DNA of 64,000 nt from Candidatus Bathyarchaeota archaeon (GCA_963715865.1 OY970280.1:192001-256000); one strand, 5' to 3'. Counted from the first letter of the stretch, positions 40,227-51,383 are shown. Notes: generated by a model from the letters alone, not told the origin. Numbers and translations: made by a program.

Positions 40227-40762
40227 CCTGTTCCCCCTGGCAACGGAATCGACCCAGCATCAAGCTCGTCCAAATGCACCTTGATGCCTCCAACAACAAC
40301 ATTCACGTTTTCAAGGGCAACGTTGATATTACTACTTCCTGAATATTGAGCTTTAAGTTGATTTATTGCATCTTGACTCAGGCTTCCAGTAGCGTTTATG
40401 ATAGCATTTTCACCGGGACTAATCTTGATTGGTTGATCTATTGATATGTTGCCTAACAGGGCATTATTGTCTTTACATTTTATCTCTGCTGATAGTTGAT
40501 CGATTGAAATTTCATTTGTCAATGGGTTAGTAAAGTTGAAGGATAAACTAAGTGCTCCAGTATCTGGATTATATTGTGGCTCGCTTGCAAGGGCTGGCGG
40601 TTGAAACTGTGACTCAGTAAAATTGCCATTCACCAAACTGTTAACTTGGGGAGGAACCACTAAACCAAGCAAGTTATCCCGGTAAGCAAACACTACACCA
40701 GCGATAGGACCTACAATAATTACTATTGAAAGTACCGTTAAAGCTATCTTTACTTTATCCAT
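40223..40762 (-). CDS. Membrane-anchored protein, LEA_2/WHy-like beta fold
   Basis: N-terminal TM helix; FNFTNPLTNEISIDQLSAEI...IKISPGEN pattern. Confidence 0.6.
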   Translation of the reverse strand: MDKVKIALTVLSIVIIVGPIAGVVFAYRDNLLGLVVPPQVNSLVNGNFTESQFQPPALASEPQYNPDTGALSLSFNFTNPLTNEISIDQLSAEIKCKDNNALLGNISIDQPIKISPGENAIINATGSLSQDAINQLKAQYSGSSNINVALENVNVVVGGIKVHLDELDAGSIPLPGGTG

Positions 40763-40835
40763 ACCAGTCGCATTGTTGTTAGTTGCTGTTACTGCTTTTA
40801 ATTTTTTTGTATATTATCAGAATCTGAAATTAAAG

Positions 40836-41567
40836 CTAAGGTTCTAAACACGTTTTATCCTTGTAAGGTGTACTTAAAACCTCTTTCACTTTATTGGTTA
40901 TCACGGGCCCAAGACCGTGCACAGCTTTCGACCAGTCATCCACATTGATTAATGCGTTTAACGGTGTTTGATAAGAATCCAGTATGGCTGTGGCTTTTTC
41001 TCTTCCAACATTAGGCAAACTAGCAATAAAATAAACTTGAGCATCAGATAGGGTTTCGCATTTTTTGAAGGCATGCACCACTGGGCTTCTTTTCTCAACA
41101 ATTTGCTCCTGCCGAGCCGCTACATAAAGGAAATCAATGGTTTCTTTGTACGATGCCGTGTTAACTAATGCAATTCCGTTTTTTGCTAAATTAAACATTG
41201 CTCCCCAAATTGCGCTGGGCTGGACATGGCTGAACTTGTAGATTATGGGCAGGTAACCCTCAAGTATGATAAGCGATTTCGGATAAGCGTCTTTAAGTCT
41301 GAAAAGCTGCTCGAAAAGGTACCGCCTAGTTAGGGTATAAACAAAATCTTGAACAGTTTTACGTTCCACCGCACACTGGTCAGAGAGAATGTAGTCGCCT
41401 TTCTCTAATAATTCAGTTTTTACGTTGACTCCTCTTTCAATTAAGCCTTTAACAATCTTTTCTGCGCTACTTGCTTCTCGGCTATCCACTATTATGGTGG
41501 GTTCTTCGCCGTTCTTCTTTTTTTCATTCATGAAGGGAATTAACGTTTCAGTTCCAGACATAACCAT
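40836..41567 (-). CDS. xpf: Short XPF/ERCC4 structure-specific endonuclease
   Basis: IVDSRE, GDY, VERKT..D (ERKxxxD) and HhH SLPNVGREKA. Confidence 0.88.
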   Translation of the reverse strand: MVMSGTETLIPFMNEKKKNGEEPTIIVDSREASSAEKIVKGLIERGVNVKTELLEKGDYILSDQCAVERKTVQDFVYTLTRRYLFEQLFRLKDAYPKSLIILEGYLPIIYKFSHVQPSAIWGAMFNLAKNGIALVNTASYKETIDFLYVAARQEQIVEKRSPVVHAFKKCETLSDAQVYFIASLPNVGREKATAILDSYQTPLNALINVDDWSKAVHGLGPVITNKVKEVLSTPYKDKTCLEP

Positions 41568-41603
41568 AACCCTACAGTTTCGGTTACGTTTTCCATGTTT
41601 ATG

Positions 41604-41756
41604 TCACTTTCGTTTCCTAAAGTATTGTGTGCCATCGGGGTCGCTGCTCACAAATTCAAAGCCCAATTCAATCAATGATAGTTTTTCTTCTTTTGTGGTG
41701 CTGCCATTAACTAGCAAACTTGGCAATCTACTCTTAACTCTATCAGCGTCAACCAT
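41604..41756 (-). CDS. 50-aa small protein, not in the ORF track
   Basis: GGAGG RBS, then MVDADRVKSRLPSLLVNGSTTKEEKLSLIELGFEFVSSDPDGTQYFRKRK. The N-terminus is shared with the 43132-43335 ORF. Confidence 0.6.
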   Translation of the reverse strand: MVDADRVKSRLPSLLVNGSTTKEEKLSLIELGFEFVSSDPDGTQYFRKRK

Positions 41757-41915
41757 GCTGGAAGCCTCCAAAAAAAGAGGAAAGGCGCGGAGCTGGTGGC
41801 ATCACCAACCCTTAGGAAACTAAGTCAAGCTAATCTGCCGTTTCTATGCTTTCTATAAAGTAAGAGGAAATAAAACAAGATTTGAAGCTAAATCCCCATT
41901 CGGAAAACTAAAATT

Positions 41916-42158
41916 TCATCTTCTGTGAAATAACAAAAAGCTGGGCTGAGAATCTCTGTATTCTTTGAAGTGCTTGTCAACAATAGCTTGTGCTTTTTGG
42001 GGTACTTTCAAATCTGGATTTTTGCTTGAAAGTTTATACCTTATTATTTTTGACTCATAATTGTAATCAGTTATTGCAAAGTCCACTTCAAGATTCTTGG
42101 CACTTAGTTTATTTGCAATCTCCTTTTTAGTGGTTCTCAAGTCAGAAGGTAAGGTCAA
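41916..42158 (-). CDS. Small hypothetical protein
   Basis: 80-aa ORF with a TTG start. Confidence 0.45.
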   Translation of the reverse strand: MTLPSDLRTTKKEIANKLSAKNLEVDFAITDYNYESKIIRYKLSSKNPDLKVPQKAQAIVDKHFKEYRDSQPSFLLFHRR

Positions 42159-42247
42159 AATCGCTTCTCCATCAATTCCATTTTATATGTTCTCTCTGAA
42201 TTTATTTACTTTGGGACGTGGGTGCCATTATCAAAAAGAAAGCGCGG

Positions 42248-43018
42248 TTAGACAGCCCAAACATTTGAACTAGTAAGCTGCCAGGTGATGATTAGTTCCA
42301 TCTCAGGGTTAGTATAAAATTCAATATGGGTTAAGCTATCGAGCATTCCTGTTTGCTTATCGAAATAGACACCCATAAAGTCGTCGCGCATCGTGTTGCC
42401 TGTTGGATCGTTAGTATCGACAAATTGGTTTTCTATTGACCAATAGTTTCTTACCCTGCTAGAAGTAGCAAATGTTTGAGTGTCTGTGCTGTTAACGATG
42501 AACCCATCAGTTCCCTTAGGGTGAAGCAGGTCATTTACATTTAGGTTTGAAGGATAAATAGCCCAAAATCCATTTGGATCAGCTTTCGCTCCATTTGATA
42601 TATCAATTATTTGCGGGCTGGTGACTTCCGTTCCATTATTGAATCGCCACAGTGTGTCAAGCGAGACTGTAGAGCCATTGATTCCTGTTATGGTAACTTG
42701 GTAGTAGTCTGTATTGTTATACTGCAAGAGCTCGTCTGGAGTCACAGCATCTGCACTACCTAAAACTGAGACACCTGTCAGTTTGTAAGTAAAAATGTCA
42801 CCAACATTGAGGTTGTCTCCCTGCAAAACTGTTCCGTTAGTTGGCGTGGGAGTTAGAGTTTGAAGTGGTGCACCTGACAATGGAGTTGGAGTAGGGGTTG
42901 AAACTCTATCGAAAAGACCACTATAGAAACCCGCTACTAAAGCTATTAGCATTATTACTATCACTGCAACAGCAATTCCAATATTTCTGTTCAAATGCAG
43001 ATTCTTTCGAGTTGTCAC
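42248..43018 (-). CDS. Membrane-anchored extracellular protein with Pro/Thr linker
   Basis: TM helix, then TPTPTP linker and a beta-rich domain. Confidence 0.75.
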   Translation of the reverse strand: MTTRKNLHLNRNIGIAVAVIVIMLIALVAGFYSGLFDRVSTPTPTPLSGAPLQTLTPTPTNGTVLQGDNLNVGDIFTYKLTGVSVLGSADAVTPDELLQYNNTDYYQVTITGINGSTVSLDTLWRFNNGTEVTSPQIIDISNGAKADPNGFWAIYPSNLNVNDLLHPKGTDGFIVNSTDTQTFATSSRVRNYWSIENQFVDTNDPTGNTMRDDFMGVYFDKQTGMLDSLTHIEFYTNPEMELIITWQLTSSNVWAV

Positions 43019-43131
43019 TTATCCCGCTCTATGAAGGTACTTCTTTGTTTTGTCTATGGATTTAAAATTTTCTGGTGAGATGCATAGCTGTTAAATCCAC
43101 ACATTTTTTTAAAAAACTTTTCCAAAGGCGT

Positions 43132-43335
43132 TTAGGGATTAACGGCTTTTTCTAACTCAGATAAATCAGCTACAACCTTATTCGTTAAAGTGTTAAATTT
43201 CTCAGGATTCGGCTTCTTTAACTGCTCAAGCCGATAACGATAACGCATAAAGACTCTCCAGCCCTTCTTACTATTAGTGCTACCATCCAAGAGCAAAGAA
43301 GGTAGTTTACGCTTAACCCTATCAGCGTTAACCAC
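43132..43335 (-). CDS. 67-aa small protein, N-terminal paralog of 41604-41756
   Basis: GGAGG RBS + GTG; VNADRVKRKLPSLLLDGST. Confidence 0.55.
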   Translation of the reverse strand: MVNADRVKRKLPSLLLDGSTNSKKGWRVFMRYRYRLEQLKKPNPEKFNTLTNKVVADLSELEKAVNP

Positions 43336-43584
43336 GCTAGAAGCCTCCGAAAAAAGAAAAAGGGAATTGTGCGCGGGTGATATCGCCACTACACAGTTCC
43401 AGACATACAGTCAACTCGTAATACGTAACCATAACTGCATGTTTATTTTACTTGCGCTTCCCAAAATCATTAATTTAAAAAATATAATCAAAACAACCAA
43501 GGGCTGGAAAATTTCCAAGCTTTCCAGTAAACGAACAAGAGAAGAAACTAAAGTTAAACTAATCGTAGCTCTTATAATTGCGAT

Positions 43585-43749
43585 TTATTCATATCTTGTT
43601 AGGAATAATGGTTTTTTTGCTGCTTTGCGCCTATCTTCTAGCGGCACATCTTTCAATGATACAAACTCAAGCTTTCCGCCTAAGCTTTCCCTTTTAGCCT
43701 TATCAAAATTCTTTTTGAAGACCCCGGATTTCTCATTTGGATAATCCAT
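43585..43749 (-). CDS. 54-aa small protein, not in the ORF track
   Basis: Strong AGGTGAGG RBS + ATG; MDYPNEKSGVFKKNFDKAKRESLGGKLEFVSLKDVPLEDRRKAAKKPLFLTRYE. Confidence 0.5.
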   Translation of the reverse strand: MDYPNEKSGVFKKNFDKAKRESLGGKLEFVSLKDVPLEDRRKAAKKPLFLTRYE

Positions 43750-43953
43750 TAACCCTCACCTTAAGTTAAGGTGACTCTCCATCATAGGATATATACACTT
43801 GTGACTGTCGCAACACTACAACAATAGTCTTTTTCATTTAAATGAAACAAGATAAAAACTGAATATTCTAATCCAGTTACAACTGGAGTAACAGCAAATT
43901 ATAGTTAAAAAGATGCCTTTTTTTAATTAAACAAAAAAATAAAATGGAAGGGT

Positions 43954-45258
43954 TTACGGTCCCTTTTTCGTGATTTCTTTCACGACGCCCGCAGCTACTG
44001 TTGTGCCCATGTCTCTGATTGCAAAGCGTCCGAGCTCTGGAAAGTCCTGATAAGTCTCTATGGCTATGGGGTGCAATGGCTCCATTTTCACCCAAGCTGC
44101 GTCGCCAGTTTTGAGAAAGCTAGGTTTCTCTTCGGTTACTTGGCCTGAGCGTGGGTCGATTTTCTTTACGAGTTCGGTGAATCTGCATGCGATTTGTCCT
44201 GTGTGATAGTGGAGTACTGGTGTGTATCCTGCTGCGATGGCGGTTGGGTGGTAAATCACTATGATTTGGCCGATGAATTCTTTAGCTACTGTTGGTGGAT
44301 TGTCAACTGATCCTGCTACGTCTCCTCGGTGGATGTCGGTTCTTGCGATGCCTCTTACGTTCATGCCGATGTTGTCGCCTGGTTCAGCTACTGGAATGTT
44401 GGTGTGGTGCATTTCTATTGATTTAACTTCGCCTGTTTTGTTGCTTGGCATGAAAATTATGTTTTGGCCTGCTTTGAGAGTACCTGTTTCGACTCTGCCG
44501 ACTGGAACTGTGCCGATGCCTGTGATGCTGTAAACGTCTTGAATTGGAACGCGTAAGGGCTTGTTAGTTGGTTTAGCTGGTACTTCTAATAGGTCTAGTG
44601 CCTCAATTAAGGAAGGACCATTGTACCATGGCATTTTATCGCTTTTCTTGATCAGGTTGTCGCCTGTCCAGCCTGAGACGGGTATAAAGTTGATTTTTTC
44701 GACTTTGAAACCCACCATTCGAAGCATTCTTGAAACTTCATTCTTTATTTCTTCGTATCTATCCTTGCTCCAGTTAACGGATATATCATCCATTTTGTTA
44801 ACTGCAACGATTAGTTGGCGAATACCTAAAGTGAATGCTAGAAACGCGTGCTCGCGTGTTTGACCACCCGGACCGATGCCTGCTTCAAACTCGCCTTTTT
44901 TAGCTGAACAGAAGAGCACGGCAGCATCGGCTTGACTTGCGCCTGTAATCATGTTTTTGACGAAGTCTCTGTGTCCCGGTGCGTCGATGACTGTGTAGTT
45001 GAATTTCCTGGTTTCGAATTTCAGGAATCGCAGGTCGATTGTGACTCCTCTTTCTCGTTCTTCCTTGAGGTTGTCGAGTACCCAAGCGTACTTGAATGTG
45101 CCTTTGCCCATTTTTTCGGCTTCTTCTTCAAAGGCTTTGATTGTTCTCTCGTCGATTGCGCCTGCTAAGTATAGAAGGTGCCCTGTGGTTGTTGATTTTC
45201 CGTGGTCAACGTGCCCCATGATTATGAGGTTTAAGTGGGGTTTTTCGCTTTTGCTCAT
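43954..45258 (-). CDS. tuf: Translation elongation factor EF-1alpha
   Basis: [33 protein letters not shown] and NKMD motifs; archaeal type. Confidence 0.99.
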   Translation of the reverse strand: MSKSEKPHLNLIIMGHVDHGKSTTTGHLLYLAGAIDERTIKAFEEEAEKMGKGTFKYAWVLDNLKEERERGVTIDLRFLKFETRKFNYTVIDAPGHRDFVKNMITGASQADAAVLFCSAKKGEFEAGIGPGGQTREHAFLAFTLGIRQLIVAVNKMDDISVNWSKDRYEEIKNEVSRMLRMVGFKVEKINFIPVSGWTGDNLIKKSDKMPWYNGPSLIEALDLLEVPAKPTNKPLRVPIQDVYSITGIGTVPVGRVETGTLKAGQNIIFMPSNKTGEVKSIEMHHTNIPVAEPGDNIGMNVRGIARTDIHRGDVAGSVDNPPTVAKEFIGQIIVIYHPTAIAAGYTPVLHYHTGQIACRFTELVKKIDPRSGQVTEEKPSFLKTGDAAWVKMEPLHPIAIETYQDFPELGRFAIRDMGTTVAAGVVKEITKKGP

Positions 45259-45471
45259 TTTTTCATCCTCTATTAATCTTACCTAATTTATGAATTCGTT
45301 AACACATCAGTCCTTCCAATTATTTTAAGTTTATGATGTTGCTTCCGCTTGTAATATGACTGAAAAACCCAAGGACCCATGAAAAGTCAGAACACTAATG
45401 TTCAAATCAAATTTTAGGCTAATTTTTGCAGGCAATATAACTTATAACTTCTGAGACGACTATGGCTACTC

Positions 45472-46131
45472 ATGAGTGTCGGCAACGAAATGGGTCAGGG
45501 CATATCCGTAGTAACAACGACTTGGAATGAAAGAGAAAACATTAAGGAATTGATTCTTAAAGTTAGGTCAGCCCTTCGAGATTTCCCGCATGAAATCGTT
45601 GTTGTTGACGATAGCTCTTCGGATGGAACCCTTGATGTTGCTAAGTGCTTTGCAGATTTGGCGGTTGCAAAAGTTCGAGAAGGGCAAACTAAAGGCTTAT
45701 TGTATGGAATGAAACTAACCAAGTTTCCCGTAATAGTAACAATAGATGCCGACTTGGAAAACAATCCTGACTGCATACCTACCCTTATCACAAAACTCAG
45801 CGAATTCGATTTAGTGGTGGCATCGCGAACGGTTCTTCCCAGAATTTCAGAGAGGCTGGCTTCCAAAACGTTAGGTAAAATGTTCGGGGTCTCGGATTTT
45901 TTCTCAAATTTTAGGGTTTACAAGAAAGAAACAATAGCCCATTATTTGAGAGGCGGAGAAACCTTTGGCGGTGAATTATTGGTTATTGCTAAAAAGAATG
46001 GTTTCAAGATTGGCGAAGTAATGTATGAACCGCCGCTTAGGCGCAGCAACCCCCGGATTGGCGGCAAAATTAGAGCTAACTTGAGGATAATCGTTGCTTT
46101 GTTGAAGTGCTTTATTATTTATTTAGCTTAA
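45472..46131 (+). CDS. GT2 glycosyltransferase (DPM1-like)
   Basis: TWNEREN, VVDDSSSDGT and TIDADLEN (DxD) motifs. Confidence 0.88.
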   Translation: MSVGNEMGQGISVVTTTWNERENIKELILKVRSALRDFPHEIVVVDDSSSDGTLDVAKCFADLAVAKVREGQTKGLLYGMKLTKFPVIVTIDADLENNPDCIPTLITKLSEFDLVVASRTVLPRISERLASKTLGKMFGVSDFFSNFRVYKKETIAHYLRGGETFGGELLVIAKKNGFKIGEVMYEPPLRRSNPRIGGKIRANLRIIVALLKCFIIYLA

Positions 46132-46226
46132 GGCTTTTAGGCGCCTTAATGGTGACTTGCTTGGTTTTCAGGCTTTTAAGGTTAAGATTATTAGTTGGAG
46201 TTCTTTAATTTTTTAGGGTATAAATT

Positions 46227-48740
46227 GTGGCTAATTTTGAGTTATCCTTGAATGGTTCATGGAAGTTCAATGGTTTTGCCGAATGCAACGGTGAAGAATT
46301 AGGAGCCTATAAACTCGAATACGATGATGACGGTTGGCTTCCAGCGAAGGTTCCTGGAACCGTTCACTTAGACTTATTGGCTAACAATGTTATTCCTGAC
46401 CCGTTCAAGGGCTTAAGCGAGGAAAAGGTTCAATGGGTAACTGAAAATGAGTGGTGGTATCGCAGAGAATTTGACCTCCTGCAGGATTTTTTGGGCAGGC
46501 ATGCGGTTGAGCTTGTTTTTGACGGTTTAGACACTTTTGCCACTGTCTGGGTGAACGACGTAAAAGTCGGCGAAGCAGATAACATGTTTACGCCTTGGCG
46601 ATTCAACATTAACAAAGCAGTAAAAGTAGGTAAGAATGTTATCGCAGTTTGCTTCAAACCCATATACAAAGTTGCCCTTGAATTAGAACGCAAATACGGC
46701 GGCAAGTATGGCTATTTGCATGCTGAGAACTTTTCAGCCAGACCATACGTGCGCAAAGCTCAATATTCTTTCGGCTGGGATTTGGGGCCAACCTTGCCAA
46801 CGGCTGGAATATGGCGGAACTCAAGAGTAATTGCTTATGACAAGGCAAAGTTGGGTTATCTAGCAGCTTTACCCTTGCAAGTTTCAGAGGACAAAGCAAA
46901 AATCAAAACCACCGCCGAAGTTTATGCCGCAGAACCTTGTTGCGTCAAGGCTAAGTTCGTTATGGAAGGGTTTGGGCAGAGAATTGAAAAACAAATAAGC
47001 AAGCAAATCGCATCGGGACAAAGTTGTCTTGAAAGCGAGTTTGAAATTGCTAAGCCGCGTCTTTGGTGGCCCAGAGGTTATGGTGCGCAGAATCTTTATG
47101 ATGTTTCAGTGGAGCTTTGTTGTGACGAGGTATTTTTAGAAAAGGCAGCGGTTAAATGTGGAATTAGAAGTGTAAAGCTTCTGCAGGAGCCTGATGACGA
47201 AGGCAAATGCTTCATTTTCGCAATCAATGGTTTGCCGGTTTTTTGTAAGGGTGCCAACTGGGTGCCTGCTGACTCCTTCCTACCCAGAGTTACTGCAGAC
47301 CGCTATGAGAAACTTCTAGATATGGCAGCGGAAGCGAACTTTAATATGCTTAGGGTTTGGGGTGGCGGAATCTATGAAGATGATGCTTTTTACGATTTTT
47401 GTGATAAGCTTGGGATAATGGTTTGGCAAGATTTCATGTACGCAAGCTCTGCTTACCCAGAAGACGACTGGTTCCTTAAGGAAGCGGAAAGAGAAGCGGA
47501 TGAGGTTGTGCGGCGTTTGCGAGGGCATGCTTGTATAGTTGTTTGGTGCGGCAATAACGAGGTCCAATGGCAATACAAGGCTTTGTGGAAAGATATGTCT
47601 CGACTTTTTGGGTTGCAAATATTTGATGATATACTGCCGAGCGTTCTAGGCAGATTTGATGGTACACGTCCTTACCGGCCAAGCACCCCATATGATAGTG
47701 ACGAACCCAACAATGAACGTGAAGGCAGTAGGCATAACTGGACCGTTTGGAGTAAACGAGTGGATTACCCAGCGTATCTTGAGGATAAGGGGCGTTTTTT
47801 GGCAGAGTTCGGCTGGCAAGCTCCTCCAGCACTTGACCTCTTAAGAGAATATTTTGATGACGCTGACTTGAATCTTGGTTCGCCAGCGTTTAAGGCTCAT
47901 GAGAAGCAGGTTGATGGCTTAAAAATACTACGTACATTACTATCCTTGCACCACCCTGTGCCTGAAGATTTCAAGCGGTTTACGCTTTATGCGCAGTTGA
48001 ATCAGGGTGAAGCATTAAAGACAGCGGTAACTCATTGGAGAAGCCGCATGTTCAAAACCAGCGGATGCCTAATATGGCAACTCAATGATTGCTGGCCAGT
48101 CATAAGTTGGAGCCTAGTTGACTATGGCTTGAACGCGAAGGCAGCGTACTTTTTTGTCAAGCGTGCCTTTCAACCGATCATTGCACCCTTAATCATCAAG
48201 GAAGGCAAAGCACACGTTTATGTTGTTAATGAGACAGAAGATTCTTTGGAGTCAACGCTTAAGTTCCAAGTAATGACCTTTAACGGTGAAGTATTATACA
48301 GCCAACATGCAAAAACGGTCACACCAGCTTACACCTCGAAGCTAGTTCTAGAAAACGCTTTAGAAACGCTGCCGTTGAAAGACAACTGCATTTTCGCGGT
48401 AATCCTTGAAGGTGAAGGCACCTTACTGTATGAAGATGCCAAAACGATTCAAGAGCCTAAAAACATGAAACTCCCAACCCCACAAGTAAAAATCGAAACA
48501 AAAAAGTTGGACGCAGCCAACTTTGAGATTATGCTGGAATCAAACGTTTACGCCAAAGCAGTTTTTCTGAAACTGGAAGAAATCAAAGGCGAATTTAACG
48601 ACAACTTTTTTGACTTGATACCACAGAGACCAAGAATTATCAAGTGCCTGCTGGAAAGAGACGTAAGCCAGCAAGAGTTTGAAAAGGCATTGTTGCTTGA
48701 GGTTTATCCTTATGAAAAAGAGCTAACCCCCTCTCCATAA
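46227..48740 (+). CDS. GH2 beta-mannosidase
   Basis: LVFDGLDTFA, RKAQYSFGWD, KGANWVP, NMLRVWGGGIYE, WCGNNE (acid/base Glu), AEFG (nucleophile Glu) and WQLNDCWP motifs. Confidence 0.93.
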   Translation: MANFELSLNGSWKFNGFAECNGEELGAYKLEYDDDGWLPAKVPGTVHLDLLANNVIPDPFKGLSEEKVQWVTENEWWYRREFDLLQDFLGRHAVELVFDGLDTFATVWVNDVKVGEADNMFTPWRFNINKAVKVGKNVIAVCFKPIYKVALELERKYGGKYGYLHAENFSARPYVRKAQYSFGWDLGPTLPTAGIWRNSRVIAYDKAKLGYLAALPLQVSEDKAKIKTTAEVYAAEPCCVKAKFVMEGFGQRIEKQISKQIASGQSCLESEFEIAKPRLWWPRGYGAQNLYDVSVELCCDEVFLEKAAVKCGIRSVKLLQEPDDEGKCFIFAINGLPVFCKGANWVPADSFLPRVTADRYEKLLDMAAEANFNMLRVWGGGIYEDDAFYDFCDKLGIMVWQDFMYASSAYPEDDWFLKEAEREADEVVRRLRGHACIVVWCGNNEVQWQYKALWKDMSRLFGLQIFDDILPSVLGRFDGTRPYRPSTPYDSDEPNNEREGSRHNWTVWSKRVDYPAYLEDKGRFLAEFGWQAPPALDLLREYFDDADLNLGSPAFKAHEKQVDGLKILRTLLSLHHPVPEDFKRFTLYAQLNQGEALKTAVTHWRSRMFKTSGCLIWQLNDCWPVISWSLVDYGLNAKAAYFFVKRAFQPIIAPLIIKEGKAHVYVVNETEDSLESTLKFQVMTFNGEVLYSQHAKTVTPAYTSKLVLENALETLPLKDNCIFAVILEGEGTLLYEDAKTIQEPKNMKLPTPQVKIETKKLDAANFEIMLESNVYAKAVFLKLEEIKGEFNDNFFDLIPQRPRIIKCLLERDVSQQEFEKALLLEVYPYEKELTPSP

Positions 48741-49032
48741 ATTTAATCTGTCATTACTGGCGCTTTTATAATCATTCCGCTTGCTATGCTACTTTTGATT
48801 AAAGATTTAGCGCTTATCCACTCGGCAAGCGGAAAGCACGATTGACGATTTTAAAATTTACATAACTGCTTTGGAAGGTTCTTACAAAAATGTTGATGGC
48901 GATTTTGACAAAGCGGTTGCTCAGCCTGCAGAAAAAGAAGCTGAAGCCAAAGATAAAGAGGAAGAAGAAAGATCCAAAGCTATAGAGGAATACAGCAAAA
49001 AAGTTAGACCCAGATTCTACGAGTAAAAAAGC

Positions 49033-49419
49033 TTATTTTCGCTCAATCAACTCAATAAGGGTTCCATCTGGATCCTCAATAAAAGCAATCGTTGTACCTG
49101 TTGCAAGCTTGAAAGGTTCATCAGTAATCGTTACATTTTCCTTCCGCAAAGCAGCAATAGTCATTTTCATGTCTGCAACTTCAAACCCTAAATGGTCAAA
49201 CAGGCGCTCTTCATACTCAGGCTGAGTGAATTTCTTTTGGTTACGGTAGAAGGTTAATTCAAGCGTGCAGCCCTTGCCCTGTGGGTCTTGAAGGAAAGCG
49301 ATTTCAGCGTTGTTCTGCTTGATTTCTCGGCGACTCAAAAGGTTTAGGCCTAGAAGTCTGGTGTAAAAGTCAATAGATTTCTCCATGTTGCTTGTGCGAA
49401 TGCTCGCATGAACAAACAT
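49033..49419 (-). CDS. VOC/glyoxalase I-like protein
   Basis: HASIRTSNMEKSIDFY, LELT, HLGFEV and FIEDPDGTLIELIE motifs. Confidence 0.88.
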   Translation of the reverse strand: MFVHASIRTSNMEKSIDFYTRLLGLNLLSRREIKQNNAEIAFLQDPQGKGCTLELTFYRNQKKFTQPEYEERLFDHLGFEVADMKMTIAALRKENVTITDEPFKLATGTTIAFIEDPDGTLIELIERK

Positions 49420-49539
49420 AATGTGTCACTCTAAAAGTTCATTGTGGGGGTTTGTTATAATTCTTTAGCTACAAGCGTCTTCTTGATCGGAACACAGCCA
49501 AAGATTAGAAGAGAGATAGCTTAGTCAAGCGGTTATGCC

Positions 49540-50859
49540 TTAAACCATTTGCTCTTCATTTTCCTGTTTCTTCTTTTTCCTCTTAATCACTAGTGGCTCT
49601 GGTAGCTGAGTACTTTCGGCTTTAGGCTCTTTTTGCTCGTTATCGATTGCTAGGTCTTGCATAGGAAGTTTTTCTTGAATAATACAATCCACTCCCGTGC
49701 AAATTCCAACATATGTATCGTTAATTTGGGATTGCAGTTTCCTTCTTTCCTTCCATAGGCGTGTGTGTGCTTTTTCCTCGCTATCCTGAAGATCAGCCGC
49801 TTTCTGGTAGATGTCGCGCAATTTTTCTACAGTGGAAGCGAATTCTGGGCTTCTTATATAATCGTATAATTTTGATTCTTTGTTTTCCCTGTCCTTTCTG
49901 CTTTCCGATTGCTTACAAATTTCAATAATGGCTCTTCTTATCTGTCTGGCAACATCAACCACTATACATGGGTGGCATAGTAAAATCCCTTCCTTTTCAC
50001 CGAATAAGCCGTTCTTTACATATTTCTTAGGCAGGTTCTTTGAAACTATAATAACATAATCGGTGCCGTGAACATCTTTGTACTTCTTGGCTTTTTCTAC
50101 ATCTTTAGCAGTTACACTTTGGGCTTGTTTGTTATCATAAACGATTGGAGTCTCCAACGATGCATAGGTTGTCCTAATTATCTGTACAATGTCGCCCATG
50201 GCTGTACCTCTTTTCTGCCTAGTGAAGAAGTCTTGGTCAAAGGCCTGTGTAAGGCGAGCGTATAGGTCTATTTCTCCAATTTCACCCATTGCCTCCGATT
50301 GGCTTTGCTGCAATTGCCTCCTAAGCTCGTCCGCATCTCGCTTGAATCGCTCAATTTGGAGTTCCTTTTCTTTTATCTCGTTTCCTAATCGGGTCATTTC
50401 AACTTCAGCGTTAGCCTTGCCCTTGTTAAAAGCAATCTTTTCCAGACGAGTTTGTTCTTTTCTTAAAGCAACTAGCTGTTTTTCCTTATCCTGAAGCTCT
50501 TTTTTGCTATCAGCCTTCAGTTTTTTTCCGAGCGCTGCAAAAGTCCTTTGGTTATCTTTACCAAGCTTGTCATAAGTCTTTTTGAGTGCAGCAAGTTGTT
50601 GCTTGTAACTGCCCTCCATTTCTGTTTTGAGCGTCTTGTTTTGTTCAAGGAAGGAACTTTTCAAGCCAGCGATTTCTTCTTTATGCGACTTGTTTATTTG
50701 CCCAAGTTTTTCTTCAAATTCTAGCTTAGCCTTCTTGTTCTGTTCACCGTATGTTTCTGAAACCTTCTTTTTTAGCTCCTCAATTGCTTGGTAATAATCG
50801 TCACTTTCAAGAGAAGAATGACAAAGAGGACATTTAAACTCTGGAAGATCATTTTTCAA
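49540..50859 (-). CDS. DUF2130-like coiled-coil protein
   Basis: N-terminal CPLC, long coiled coil, then GEIGE...GDIVQII...IVYDNK nuclease-like C-terminal domain. Confidence 0.75.
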   Translation of the reverse strand: MKNDLPEFKCPLCHSSLESDDYYQAIEELKKKVSETYGEQNKKAKLEFEEKLGQINKSHKEEIAGLKSSFLEQNKTLKTEMEGSYKQQLAALKKTYDKLGKDNQRTFAALGKKLKADSKKELQDKEKQLVALRKEQTRLEKIAFNKGKANAEVEMTRLGNEIKEKELQIERFKRDADELRRQLQQSQSEAMGEIGEIDLYARLTQAFDQDFFTRQKRGTAMGDIVQIIRTTYASLETPIVYDNKQAQSVTAKDVEKAKKYKDVHGTDYVIIVSKNLPKKYVKNGLFGEKEGILLCHPCIVVDVARQIRRAIIEICKQSESRKDRENKESKLYDYIRSPEFASTVEKLRDIYQKAADLQDSEEKAHTRLWKERRKLQSQINDTYVGICTGVDCIIQEKLPMQDLAIDNEQKEPKAESTQLPEPLVIKRKKKKQENEEQMV

Positions 50860-50957
50860 ACCTTAAATCCCCTATAGACTGCAATAATAGGCGATAAGCT
50901 GGAATTATATCGAACTTAACTTAAGCTTTATGAAGCGAACGTATAGCAATTTCTTCA

Positions 50958-51383
50958 CTAAGTAAAAGCTCTGGATTCTTCATCTAAAGTCTTATTCACA
51001 AGCGCGTCTGCCTGCTGAATATACGGATTAGTTCTTGGGGCATTAACAAAACTTATAGTTTTAAAGCGGGCTCTCAACTCTTGCGCTCTTAGCCAAAGCT
51101 TTTGCAACTCAAAATTTTTGACAGCATATTCCCCGTTAAGCTGTTTTGCGACTAATTCGCTGTCAAGGTGGCAAACGACTTCTTCAACTTTAACCGCTAT
51201 GGCAAACTCCAATGCCGCTATCAACGCGTTGTATTCTGACTGGTTATTAGTGTGTATTCCTATGAAGCGTGAATCCGCTTTTACGACTTCGCCTTTTTCT
51301 GTTAATGCCAAATAAGCTATGGCTGCTGGTCCAGGATTTCCTCTTGCTCCACCATCAGAATAAAGCAGTAGTCGCTTGTACAT
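50958..51383 (-). CDS. rnhA: Ribonuclease HI (type 1)
   Basis: YSDGGARGNPGPA, TNNQSEY, LDSELVAKQ and ADALVN motifs. Confidence 0.92.
   Translation of the reverse strand: MYKRLLLYSDGGARGNPGPAAIAYLALTEKGEVVKADSRFIGIHTNNQSEYNALIAALEFAIAVKVEEVVCHLDSELVAKQLNGEYAVKNFELQKLWLRAQELRARFKTISFVNAPRTNPYIQQADALVNKTLDEESRAFT

Noticed and set aside
48810-49026. Coding-like acidic fragment (STIDDFKIYITALEG...) between the mannosidase and the glyoxalase
   Set aside because: No start codon, it needs a frameshift to terminate sensibly, and the family is unknown.
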